From assembly GCA_007376185.1 (NCBI GenBank), contig VMFS01000002.1:2198-66197 (forward strand): a DNA stretch of 64,000 nucleotides, read 5' to 3'. The position numbers and the translations under genes are program-made. The notes under the pieces are model-generated. The model saw only the letters and a program-made list of their open reading frames with translations, was not told where the DNA came from and did no database searches. Positions 16,941-25,739 of the stretch are shown here, one piece after another (the stretch's first letter is position 1; the number at the start of each line of letters is the position of its first letter). The DNA is from Parcubacteria group bacterium Gr01-1014_30. Lineage in GTDB: Bacteria; Patescibacteriota; Minisyncoccia; Minisyncoccales; 2-12-FULL-40-12.

Positions 16941-18182
16941 ATGGACAATGACAACCTTAATAAATTAAGGCAAAATTGGTATGGGGCAAGTATTCTAATT
17001 TTGGGATTTGGCAGAGAAGGGAAAGATACTCTGAAGTTCTTAAAAAAAGTGTTTCCTCAAAAAACAATTTCCGTAGCCGACGCAAAGCTTGACAAAAATT
17101 ATCTGAAAACGATTGATAATTACGATGTTGTAATCAAATCGCCCGGCGTTCCCATTCATTTGCCAGAAGTTGAGAAAGCGTATAAAAGGAGCAAAGTCAC
17201 TTCTCAAACGGAAATTTTTCTGGAAAACTGTCCGGGGAAAATCATAGGCGTTACCGGAACCAAGGGTAAGAGCACCACCTCTTTCTGGATTTATCAAATA
17301 CTAAAGAGAGCCGGATTTGGAGTGAAACTGGTCGGGAACATAGGAAAACCCGCTCTATCCCATTTGCTCGGAGCCAAGCCGCGAGACATTTTCGTTTACG
17401 AGATGTCCTCTCACCAACTGTACGGCCTAAAATCAAGCCCTCACGTTGCCGTTCTTTTAAACATTTATCCTGAGCATCTGGACTACTATCAGACTCTAAA
17501 AGAATACACTTTAGCTAAAGCCAACATCACTAAGTTTCAGAAGAAAACGGACTACTTTATTTACAACTCTTTGAGCGAAACCTGCCGCAAGATAGCGAAA
17601 GGATCTTTTGCACAAAAGATTCCAATCCGCGGCAGATACTATGAGTTAAACAAAGCGGCGGCGATTGCCGCGGCTCTAATTTTCGGGGCGCGAGGTTGCA
17701 TAAAGTTTAAAACCTTGCCCCACCGGCTGGAATTTGTCGGGGAATTGGGAAAAATTAGGTTTTACAACGACTCTTTGTCAACCATTCCCCAAGCCGCGAC
17801 CTTGGCTCTGGAGCATTTAGGTCCAGACGTTGAAACGGTAATTTTGGGCGGATTTTATCGGGGACAAGAGTTTGGAAATTTGGCAAAGAAGATTTTAAGT
17901 AGTAAAATTAAAAGTGTAATTCTGTTTCCTACAAGCGGTGAAAAAATTTGGCAAGCCATATTGAAATACCAGAGAAATCCGTCAGCTGTAAATCATTTTT
18001 TTGTCAATAACATGGCCGACGCCGTCAAGCTGGCTTATGAACATACAGGAGCAAATAAAATTTGCCTGCTTTCGCCGGCTTCTCCGAGCTTCGGAATTTT
18101 TAAGGACTATAGAGAGCGGGGTAATTTATTTAAAAAGTACGTGAAATTATATGGAAAAAAAATCTCGTCATCAAGCCCTTGA
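16941..18182 (+). CDS. murD: UDP-N-acetylmuramoyl-L-alanine--glutamate ligase (MurD, or MurD2 type)
   Basis: Mur ligase P-loop GVTGTKGKSTTS. Size and dcw context fit. Confidence 0.85.
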   Translation: MDNDNLNKLRQNWYGASILILGFGREGKDTLKFLKKVFPQKTISVADAKLDKNYLKTIDNYDVVIKSPGVPIHLPEVEKAYKRSKVTSQTEIFLENCPGKIIGVTGTKGKSTTSFWIYQILKRAGFGVKLVGNIGKPALSHLLGAKPRDIFVYEMSSHQLYGLKSSPHVAVLLNIYPEHLDYYQTLKEYTLAKANITKFQKKTDYFIYNSLSETCRKIAKGSFAQKIPIRGRYYELNKAAAIAAALIFGARGCIKFKTLPHRLEFVGELGKIRFYNDSLSTIPQAATLALEHLGPDVETVILGGFYRGQEFGNLAKKILSSKIKSVILFPTSGEKIWQAILKYQRNPSAVNHFFVNNMADAVKLAYEHTGANKICLLSPASPSFGIFKDYRERGNLFKKYVKLYGKKISSSSP

Positions 18183-19299
18183 CTATTTTTTGGCAGGCAG
18201 CTTATTTTTTTTGCTGCTGCTTGGAATCGTAATGCTGGCAAGTGTTTCCGCCTCGCTTTCTTTGGAAAGGTTCGGAAATACCTACTACTTTATGAACCGC
18301 CAGCTCATCTTTGGCATCTTTCCCGGAGTAGTTGTGTTTTTGCTCTTTTGGCGCATGCGCCTGGACTTGCTGAAAAAATGGACGCCCCTTCTTCTTTTCT
18401 TGAACATTCTCTTGATGGCAATGGTTTTTTTGCCAAAAGTGGGTTTGACCTTGGGAGGAGCCACCAGGTGGCTATATTTCGGGGGACCTATGACCTTTCA
18501 GCCCTCTGAGTTCTTAAAGTTAACTTTCGTGCTGTACTTGGCTTCTTTTATGTCGGCAAGGACCGAGAAGTCCTTGGGTCGAGATTTTGTCGCACACCGC
18601 TCCTTTGCTAAAAAGAGAGTTGAGTTTACCCAAACTTTTCTTGCTTTTTTGACTGTAATGGGTTTAATATCCTTGTTGTTGATTTTTCAGCCCGATATCA
18701 GTACTTTGGGAATCATTGTTTTAAGCGCAGTTTTGATCTATTTTTCTTCGGGAACGCCGCTTTGGCACACAATATCAATGGTTACGGCGGGAGCGCTAAC
18801 TTTGTATGCTTTGATTAAAATAGCGCCTTACCGCGCTAATCGGTGGCTTGTTTTTATGGATCCTGAAAGAGAGCCTTTGGGCATAGGATACCAGTTAAAA
18901 CAGGCCTTTATAGCCGTGGGCTCGGGCGGCATTTTTGGGCTGGGCCTTGGTTTGTCGCGTCAGAAATTCGGTTTTTTGCCTCAATCAATGACAGATTCCA
19001 TCTTTGCCGTTTTTTCCGAAGAAACCGGCTTTTTTGGGGCCTTCATATTAATTTTCCTCTTCCTCATATTTTTATGGAGAAGTTTTACAATAGCCAAACG
19101 CTCCCAAGACCAATTCTCAAAACTGGTAGCTCTTGGAATCAGTTCCTGGATTTGCCTTCAGGCATTTGCTAATATCGGAACAATGGTTGGGGTTTTGCCC
19201 CTAGCCGGGGTTCCTCTGCCTTTTATAAGTTATGGCGGAAGCCACTTGGTGGCCGAAATGGCTGGAGCAGGAATATTGCTTAATATATCAAATTCATGA
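18151..19299 (+). CDS. ftsW: SEDS-family peptidoglycan polymerase / cell division protein FtsW
   Basis: 10-TM SEDS pattern: QPSEFLKL, LQPDISTLG, PLPFISYGGS. Confidence 0.85.
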   Translation: MEKKSRHQALDYFLAGSLFFLLLLGIVMLASVSASLSLERFGNTYYFMNRQLIFGIFPGVVVFLLFWRMRLDLLKKWTPLLLFLNILLMAMVFLPKVGLTLGGATRWLYFGGPMTFQPSEFLKLTFVLYLASFMSARTEKSLGRDFVAHRSFAKKRVEFTQTFLAFLTVMGLISLLLIFQPDISTLGIIVLSAVLIYFSSGTPLWHTISMVTAGALTLYALIKIAPYRANRWLVFMDPEREPLGIGYQLKQAFIAVGSGGIFGLGLGLSRQKFGFLPQSMTDSIFAVFSEETGFFGAFILIFLFLIFLWRSFTIAKRSQDQFSKLVALGISSWICLQAFANIGTMVGVLPLAGVPLPFISYGGSHLVAEMAGAGILLNISNS

Positions 19300-20441
19300 A
19301 AATACTTTTCACCGGTGGAGGCACCGCCGGGCACATAATGCCGATAATTGCAGTTGCCAGGGAGCTTAGAAGCAAGGCCGCCGGAGACCTCCGTCTTTTC
19401 TATCTGGGGCCCAAAGACGAATTTTCAGAAAAGCTGCTCTCACAAGAGGGAATAACTATGAATTTTATCTTTGGAGGCAAGCTCAGAAGGTACTTTGATC
19501 CAAAGAGTTTTTTTAAGAATGCGGTTGACGTATTTTTTAAAATTCCCCTAGGTTTTTTCCAGGCGTTTTATCATATTTTTTTGATTTCTCCCGACATTAT
19601 ACTCAGCAAAGGCGGATACGGTTCCTTGCCGACCGTGCTGGCGGGCTGGTTTCTTTTAACTCCAGTTTTTCTGCACGAATCAGATGTTGTCCCTGGACTT
19701 GCCAACAAGATTATGAGTCGTTTTTCCTTGGAAATATTCGCCTCTTTTCCCGTTGAGAAAACAGAGTATTTTCCGCGGAAAAAAATGCTTTTTGTAGGGA
19801 ACCCCATTCGCGCGGAAATTCTGCTAGGTTCCTTAAAAGAAGCCGAAGGAGTTTTTAGGTTAAAAGGAGGAAAACCTTTGATTTTGGTGCTTGGGGGTTC
19901 ACAGGGTTCCCAAAGAATTAACGACGTTCTGTTGGCAATCTTGCCAGACCTCCTTGTGCAATTTGAGATAATACACCAAACCGGAGCCAAAAATCTTGGA
20001 GAAATTGAAGCCGAAACCAATATCGTTCTTGCCCCGAAGGGGGCGAGTGGGGAGAAACTCCAAGATTACTATCACGCGCGGCCTTTTTTAGAAGAACCTG
20101 AGTTGAAGCACGCTTTTGCAGCCGCGGACCTGGTAATCTCACGCGCAGGCTCGGGCACCATTTTTGAGATAGCGGCTTTGGGAAAACCGAGTTTGTTGAT
20201 TCCTTTGCCAGAAGCCGCCCAAAACCATCAACTGAAAAACGCTTATGTTTTTGCGTCAAGCGGCGCCTGCCAGGTTCTTGAGGAGTCGAATTTAACGCCG
20301 CGATTTTTTCTTGAAAGGGTAAAGTATCTTTTGGGAACCCCAGACAAGTTGGCGCAAATGGCAGAGAGTGCGCGTGAATTTTCAAAACCTCTATCGGCCA
20401 AACTAATTGCCGATTACATTGAAGAATACTTGAATCAGTAA
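19296..20441 (+). CDS. murG: undecaprenyldiphospho-muramoylpentapeptide beta-N-acetylglucosaminyltransferase
   Basis: FTGGGTAGHIMP N-terminus. SRAGSGTIFE. 4-nt overlap with ftsW. Confidence 0.9.
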   Translation: MKILFTGGGTAGHIMPIIAVARELRSKAAGDLRLFYLGPKDEFSEKLLSQEGITMNFIFGGKLRRYFDPKSFFKNAVDVFFKIPLGFFQAFYHIFLISPDIILSKGGYGSLPTVLAGWFLLTPVFLHESDVVPGLANKIMSRFSLEIFASFPVEKTEYFPRKKMLFVGNPIRAEILLGSLKEAEGVFRLKGGKPLILVLGGSQGSQRINDVLLAILPDLLVQFEIIHQTGAKNLGEIEAETNIVLAPKGASGEKLQDYYHARPFLEEPELKHAFAAADLVISRAGSGTIFEIAALGKPSLLIPLPEAAQNHQLKNAYVFASSGACQVLEESNLTPRFFLERVKYLLGTPDKLAQMAESAREFSKPLSAKLIADYIEEYLNQ

Positions 20442-21902
20442 ATGCGCTCAAAGAACTTTAAGTTTATAAAGCCAGGAGAGGTGAGAACAAGATTTGCTCC
20501 TTCTCCAACGGGTTTTCTGCATATCGGCGGGGCAAGGACGGCCTTATTTAATTATCTTTTTGCCAAAAAACACCAAGGAGCTTTTATTTTAAGAATTGAA
20601 GATACTGACAGGGAGCGGTCAAAGCCGGAGTTTGAAAAAGATATTTTGGACTCCTTAAAATGGCTTGGCATCGACTGGTCTGAAGGGCCATATCACGCCA
20701 GCTCGCGGCGGGATGTTTACGCAAAGTACTTGGAAAGATTACTGGCAGAAAAAAAGGCCTACCGATGCTTTTGTTCTGAGGAAGAGCTGGAAGCCCAGCG
20801 GCAGTATTCTCTAAGTCAAGGTCAGCCATGGCGATACAACGGAAAATGCGCAAAGCTTGCGCCAAGAGAGATTGAAAAAAAGCTGTCTGAAGACCTGCCT
20901 TCAATCATCAGATTCAGAACCACTGCGAAAAAAGTGGAGTTTGACGACGTGGTGCGCGGCAGGGTGGGGTTTGAGTCTTCTTTGATAGGGGATTTCAGCA
21001 TTGCCAGAGATATCAGGGAGCCCTTGTATAACCTCGCCGTGGTGGTTGACGACTTTGAAATGCGGATATCGCATGTAATAAGAGCTGAAGAACACATCGC
21101 CAACACGCCCAAGCAAATTTTAATTCAGGAAGCCCTTAACTTTCCTAGGCCAAAATACGCTCACTTGCCCCTGATTTTGGGGTCTGATAGGAGTAAGCTG
21201 AGCAAAAGGCACGGAGCCGAGGCCGTTTCAGATTTCAGGAAACAAGGATATTTGCCAGAAGCCCTTGTTAATTTTATGGCTTTTTTGGGCTGGAATCCGG
21301 GAGGCGAAAGAGAAATATACTCCCTTCCTTCTTTAGTCAAAGAGTTCGGGCTGGAAAGGGTGCAAAAAGGCGGGGCCGTTTTTAACGTCAGTCGCCTTGA
21401 TTTCATCAACGGCTTTTACATCCGGAAAAAATCGGTTGACAAACTGACAAAACTTTGTCTGCCTTACTTTGGCGCAAAAAATGTGAGTTTTGACTACTTA
21501 AAAAAGATTGTGGCGATTTACCAAGAGCGCTTAAAGAAACTTTCTGAATTAAAGGAGCTGACCGACTTTTTTTTCCAAGACAAGCTGAATTACGACAAAA
21601 AACTTTTGCGGTGGAAGCAAATGGGGGACAGGGAAGTGGAGCAGGTGTTTGATGAGCTGGAAAAAGTATTGTCAAAGGTAAAGGCAAAGGACTGGAACAA
21701 GGATAGTCTGACAAAGGTTTTGTTTAAAGAAGCCGAAAAAATAGGCGACAAGGGCAGAATACTGTGGCCTTTGAGGGTAGCTCTAACTGGAAAAGAGGCT
21801 TCAGCTCCTCCTTTTGACGTAGCTGAAATTCTTGGGAAAGAAAAAACTTTTGGGCGCCTCAAAGACGCCAAAAAAGCTATTGCAGCGAAAAACAATGTCT
21901 AA
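20442..21902 (+). CDS. gltX: glutamyl-tRNA synthetase
   Basis: RFAPSPTGFLHIGGARTALFN (HIGH region) and KLSKRHG (KMSKS). Confidence 0.9.
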   Translation: MRSKNFKFIKPGEVRTRFAPSPTGFLHIGGARTALFNYLFAKKHQGAFILRIEDTDRERSKPEFEKDILDSLKWLGIDWSEGPYHASSRRDVYAKYLERLLAEKKAYRCFCSEEELEAQRQYSLSQGQPWRYNGKCAKLAPREIEKKLSEDLPSIIRFRTTAKKVEFDDVVRGRVGFESSLIGDFSIARDIREPLYNLAVVVDDFEMRISHVIRAEEHIANTPKQILIQEALNFPRPKYAHLPLILGSDRSKLSKRHGAEAVSDFRKQGYLPEALVNFMAFLGWNPGGEREIYSLPSLVKEFGLERVQKGGAVFNVSRLDFINGFYIRKKSVDKLTKLCLPYFGAKNVSFDYLKKIVAIYQERLKKLSELKELTDFFFQDKLNYDKKLLRWKQMGDREVEQVFDELEKVLSKVKAKDWNKDSLTKVLFKEAEKIGDKGRILWPLRVALTGKEASAPPFDVAEILGKEKTFGRLKDAKKAIAAKNNV

Positions 21903-22302
21903 GAAAACCTTAATAATTTTGGCAATACCGATTGTTCTTTTTACGGCTGTTCCATTTGCTCTTCCAGAAAGCATCGAAAGCATCGGAGGGTTTCAGGAAG
22001 TACTCTCCAGAACAATAAAAGACCTTCCAGAGTTTTTCAAAGAGATACGGCAAGGGTTTATCAATGCTCTTGAGCAAATATGGAGCTGGATAAAGACAAT
22101 TTGGAGTTCTTACATTAGGCCATTTTTTCAAAACATTTGGCAAAAAACCAAGGACTTTTTTCTTAGAGAATACGAGCGAAGAAAATCATCGGCTGAAGAA
22201 GAATTCGTAAGAGATAAAGAACAACTTAAAGAAAAGGTAAAATCGCTCATCATTAAAATCCCCTTGTCGCTCTGGGCGAAAATCAAAGGTTTGTTTAAGT
22301 AG
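21895..22302 (+). CDS. small membrane-anchored hypothetical protein
   Basis: Internal ATG of ORF 21832..22302, overlapping the gltX stop by 8 nt. TM helix LIILAIPIVLFTAVPFAL. Confidence 0.5.
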   Translation: MSKKTLIILAIPIVLFTAVPFALPESIESIGGFQEVLSRTIKDLPEFFKEIRQGFINALEQIWSWIKTIWSSYIRPFFQNIWQKTKDFFLREYERRKSSAEEEFVRDKEQLKEKVKSLIIKIPLSLWAKIKGLFK

Positions 22303-22432
22303 GGGAAGAAAGATGGCCGCTTGACAGGGCCTTTCGAGGTCTATATTATTAAAGTAGTGAGTGTCGCACAATATAGATAAAGCGACAAATAATGTGCCTT
22401 GCGAATAGACCCCAAGAATACTTCCCCGGAAT

Positions 22433-23395
22433 ATGAGAAAATCAAGCAAACCAATCGTAGAGCATATTAAGGATTTTTTAGATTATTGCGAGGTAGAAAA
22501 GGGATTAGCCAATAAAACTCAAGAAAACTATCAGCACTATCTTACTAAGTTTGTTTCTTGGTTGGAAAAGACGCAAAAAGGAGCTCTTTTACCTCACGCC
22601 TTGACCCCAGACCATATCTGGGCTTATCGTTTATATTTAAGCCGTTATAGCGACAAAAGGGGCTATCCCTTGAAAAGAACCACCCAAAACTACTATTTAA
22701 TCGCGCTTAGGGCGCTTTTGGCTTATTTCACGGCCAAAGACATAGTTTCTTTGCCGGCGGACAAGATTAATCTCGCAAAAGACGTTAAAGCCGAGAAAAC
22801 AGTTAAATTCCTCAACTTGGAGCAAATAGAGAAGCTTTTGCTGTCCCCGAACGTGGAAACAAGAGATGGATTAAGGGACAGAGCTATTTTAGAATCCCTT
22901 TTCTCTGGCGGTCTTAGAATAGCCGAGTTAGTCGCCTTAAACAGAGAGCAATTTGCCAATATAAGCGATAAAAAGGATTTAGAATTGGGTATTATTGGTA
23001 AAGGCAACCGTCCCAGAACTGTTTATTTTTCTGAACGAGCTCTATCTTGGTTAAAGCAATACCTGAAAACCCGCAAAGATAAGGAAAAGGCCTTGTTTAT
23101 CCACTATAAAGCCAGAAAAGACACCGAGAATCGCTTAACCGCCCGTTCCATAGAAAGAATCGTAAAAAAATACGCCGTTTTGTCCGGCGTTCCTGTTTTT
23201 ACCACCCCCCATACCCTTCGTCACTCGTACGCGACTGACTTATTAATGCAAGGCGTGGATTTAAGAACGGTTCAGGAATTTTTGGGTCACCGAAGCATTA
23301 TCACCACGCAAATCTATACACATATAACAAATAAACGTCTCCGCGATATTCACCGACAGTACCACAGCGGTAAAAATCTTAAACAACAACGATAA
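22433..23395 (+). CDS. tyrosine recombinase XerC/XerD family
   Basis: RDRAILESLFSGGLRIAEL, HTLRHSYATDLL and LGHRSIITTQIYTH (R-H-R-Y catalytic set). Preceded by TTGACA-17-TATTAT at 22318-22346. Confidence 0.8.
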   Translation: MRKSSKPIVEHIKDFLDYCEVEKGLANKTQENYQHYLTKFVSWLEKTQKGALLPHALTPDHIWAYRLYLSRYSDKRGYPLKRTTQNYYLIALRALLAYFTAKDIVSLPADKINLAKDVKAEKTVKFLNLEQIEKLLLSPNVETRDGLRDRAILESLFSGGLRIAELVALNREQFANISDKKDLELGIIGKGNRPRTVYFSERALSWLKQYLKTRKDKEKALFIHYKARKDTENRLTARSIERIVKKYAVLSGVPVFTTPHTLRHSYATDLLMQGVDLRTVQEFLGHRSIITTQIYTHITNKRLRDIHRQYHSGKNLKQQR

Positions 23396-23406
23396 CAGCA
23401 ACTTTG

Positions 23407-24084
23407 CTACTTGCCGAACCTCCTCTGTCTTCTGGCGTACTCCGTGAAGGCCTTGTCAAGGTCTTTTTGTGTAAAATCGGGCCAAAACTTGGGGCAAAAG
23501 TAAAACTCCGAATAAGCTGACTGCCAAATCAAAAAGTTTGAAATACGCTGCTCCTTTCCGGTTCTGATTACCAGGTCAACGTCTGAAGTCCACAGGTTGT
23601 TTTTAATCACGTCTTCAGTTATCTTTTCGGGGTTGATTTTTTGCTTAACGATCTTTTTTATCGCTTCCACGATTTCCGCTCTCCCTCCGTAGCTCAAAGC
23701 CAAGTTCAAGGTCATCTCTCTGTTATTTTGGGTAAGTTTCTCCACATCCTTTATATCTTTCTGCAGGTCTTCGGGAAGTTTGGTTTTCTGGCCGATGACT
23801 TTAATTCTTACGCCTTCGGAGCCAAGCTTCTCAAAGTCGTTGGTTAACGCTTTTTTTGTCAGCCTCATTAAAAAGTTAACCTCTTTTTCGGCTCTTTTCC
23901 AGTTTTCGGTTGAAAAAACAAAAAGCGTTAAGGCTTTGACTCCCCTTTTCTTGCAGTAATTTATTACTTTTTTGACTGTTTCCAAGCCCCTTCTGTGTCC
24001 TTCAAAAGAAGGCAAACCTTTTTCTTTCGCCCATCTTCTGTTACCGTCTAAAATAATTCCCAAATGCTGAGGTATATTTTGCAT
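23407..24084 (-). CDS. uppS: undecaprenyl (isoprenyl) diphosphate synthase
   Basis: HLGIILDGNRRWA, FSTENWKR and RTGKEQRISNFLIWQ. Start taken at MQNIPQH. The ORF extends to 24156. Confidence 0.85.
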   Translation of the reverse strand: MQNIPQHLGIILDGNRRWAKEKGLPSFEGHRRGLETVKKVINYCKKRGVKALTLFVFSTENWKRAEKEVNFLMRLTKKALTNDFEKLGSEGVRIKVIGQKTKLPEDLQKDIKDVEKLTQNNREMTLNLALSYGGRAEIVEAIKKIVKQKINPEKITEDVIKNNLWTSDVDLVIRTGKEQRISNFLIWQSAYSEFYFCPKFWPDFTQKDLDKAFTEYARRQRRFGK

Positions 24085-24107
24085 AGTAAGATTTTCGTCT
24101 TTCGCAG

Positions 24108-25034
24108 CTAAATCAAGAAGTCGCTTTCTATTTGCCAGTTCCGAAGAAGCAGCCAAGGAGTTCGGGTTCCCAAAAGATAAATCGTCTTTGTGGCCGCTTT
24201 GGAAAGGATAATTTTCGGCAAAAAGAATCGCTTAGCTTGATTTCTATATTTTACAAAATCCGGGAAATTTTTCAAGAGCATGTTGGCGGAGGTTAAATTC
24301 CAAGCCACTCCCCCGCCAGACCAGGGTTTTGTCATACCAGCTGCATCACCTAAAAGGGTAACCTTCGGATTTTTCGGAATTATCAACCCTTGGGGCACAA
24401 GAGTTGATTTTAAGTTGGAGACGCGAACTGATTTTTTTGATAAGAACTCTTCAAACATTTTCCTGGCCATTGTCGGTTTTTCAATAATCCCCCACTCTGC
24501 TTCTTGGCCTCTTGGAATTTTCCACAAAAAACCCTCTTTGGTTGGCCAAGCGTCAACATAGTTTTCTTTGCTTTGCTCTTGGGTGAACCCTTGAATACCT
24601 AGGCGGAAACTGGGCTCTTGCAGCCCCAAACTTTTTCTGACCTTTGAACTTGCTCCGTCAGAGCCAATTATTCTGTCGTAGTTATGAGGCAAGGACTCAA
24701 CGTGATTGTTGAAAGCGATTTTTACCCCCGCCTTTTTTGCCAAATCGGCCACTAAGTTATCTAACGCGTGGTGGCTCATTACAAAAAACTTTTTTGAAAA
24801 ATTGATTTTCAAGGTTTTTTTCGGGAAATGGAGCAGACAAAAATCAACGCGATTTTGCACCAAAACTTTGCTCTGCGGAATATATCCCAAAATTCTTTCA
24901 GAAAAGAGACCAGAACAGGCCTCCTTTCCAACTCCACCTCTTTTTTCAAACAAGGTTACCTCCTCTCCTCTTTCGGCCAGCTTCCAGGCCGTGTACAAAC
25001 CTGCAATTCCGCCTCCGATAATTGCGACTTTCAT
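24108..25034 (-). CDS. FAD-dependent oxidoreductase, geranylgeranyl reductase family
   Basis: KVAIIGGGIAGLYTAWKLAERGEEVTLFEK (GxGxxG beta-alpha-beta fold) and GDAAG. Confidence 0.7.
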   Translation of the reverse strand: MKVAIIGGGIAGLYTAWKLAERGEEVTLFEKRGGVGKEACSGLFSERILGYIPQSKVLVQNRVDFCLLHFPKKTLKINFSKKFFVMSHHALDNLVADLAKKAGVKIAFNNHVESLPHNYDRIIGSDGASSKVRKSLGLQEPSFRLGIQGFTQEQSKENYVDAWPTKEGFLWKIPRGQEAEWGIIEKPTMARKMFEEFLSKKSVRVSNLKSTLVPQGLIIPKNPKVTLLGDAAGMTKPWSGGGVAWNLTSANMLLKNFPDFVKYRNQAKRFFLPKIILSKAATKTIYLLGTRTPWLLLRNWQIESDFLI

Positions 25035-25201
25035 ATGGATTCTTCAACGTTAGGTTCCTCAATAGTAAGTTGAGGTTGGTCAGCCGTTTTGGCAACAATG
25101 TATCCCATAGCGAAAGACAAAAGGGAAATTAAAACGACGCCAACAACTAAAGCAATGTCGGCTTGATTATCTTTGACAAAATCCTTAATTTTTGTTAACA
25201 T
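25031..25201 (-). CDS. small single-TM hypothetical protein
   Basis: Internal ATG of ORF 25031..25312. TM helix IALVVGVVLISLLSFAMGYIV. 4-nt overlap with the downstream gene. Confidence 0.45.
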   Translation of the reverse strand: MLTKIKDFVKDNQADIALVVGVVLISLLSFAMGYIVAKTADQPQLTIEEPNVEESI

Positions 25202-25276
25202 CCTATTATCATTTAAGTCGCCAGCTCGGAGAGGGGGCGGGAGAACTTGACCAGTTCTCCCGTGTAGGAAAACAGC

Positions 25277-25395
25277 GAGCGAAGAGAACTTCGTTCTCTT
25301 CTTTACCTTCACTTCCTACGGAAGTTTGGTGAGCGAAGAGAACTTCGTTCTCTTCTTTACCTTCACTTCCTACGGAAGTTTGGTGAGCGAAGCGA
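25277..25395 (+). repeat. 54-bp tandem repeat (about 2.2 copies) of the S-family double-hairpin element
   Basis: The unit GAGCGAAGAGAACTTCGTTCTCTTCTTTACCTTCACTTCCTACGGAAGTTTGGT starts at 25277 and 25331, with a partial third copy at 25385. Flanked by further hairpins GGGAGAACT..AGTTCTCCC and TTAGAAACC-GCG-GGTTTCTAA. Confidence 0.85.
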
Positions 25396-25466
25396 GCGTT
25401 AGAAACCGCGGGTTTCTAAAGAGCGGCGTAGTGCAACGAGCCGCGACTGATTATATATTACCACTT

Positions 25467-25739
25467 ATGGCTAAGACGAAAGCCGCAGGAGCCACAAAAT
25501 TAGGCCGGGATTCTCTGCCAAAATACTTGGGGATAAAACTAGCTGAAGGGCAAAAAGCCAGAATTGGCCAGATTTTAGTTCGCCAACGAGGAACAAAATT
25601 TCTTGCCGGAAAGAACGTTGCCAGAGCAGGAGACGATACCTTGTATGCGTCAAAGGAAGGGGTTGTTCGTTTTGGAACACGTAGAAAAACACGGTTTGAC
25701 GGATCTCAGCGCCGTGTAAAAATTGTTAACGTAGAATAG
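25467..25739 (+). CDS. rpmA: 50S ribosomal protein L27
   Basis: MAKTKAAGATKLGRDSLPKYLGIK...RQRGTKF..G.NV. Internal ATG of ORF 25326..25739. Confidence 0.9.
   Translation: MAKTKAAGATKLGRDSLPKYLGIKLAEGQKARIGQILVRQRGTKFLAGKNVARAGDDTLYASKEGVVRFGTRRKTRFDGSQRRVKIVNVE

Noticed and set aside
22433-23395. XerC/D-like recombinase as the integrase of the GC-rich island
   Set aside because: It lies about 10 kb from the island, has host-like composition, and sits among housekeeping genes. It is most simply the chromosomal dimer-resolution recombinase.
25326-25466. 47-codon extension upstream of rpmA (ORF 25326..25739)
   Set aside because: The extension is made entirely of the 54-bp tandem hairpin repeats, and L27 homology starts at the ATG at 25467.
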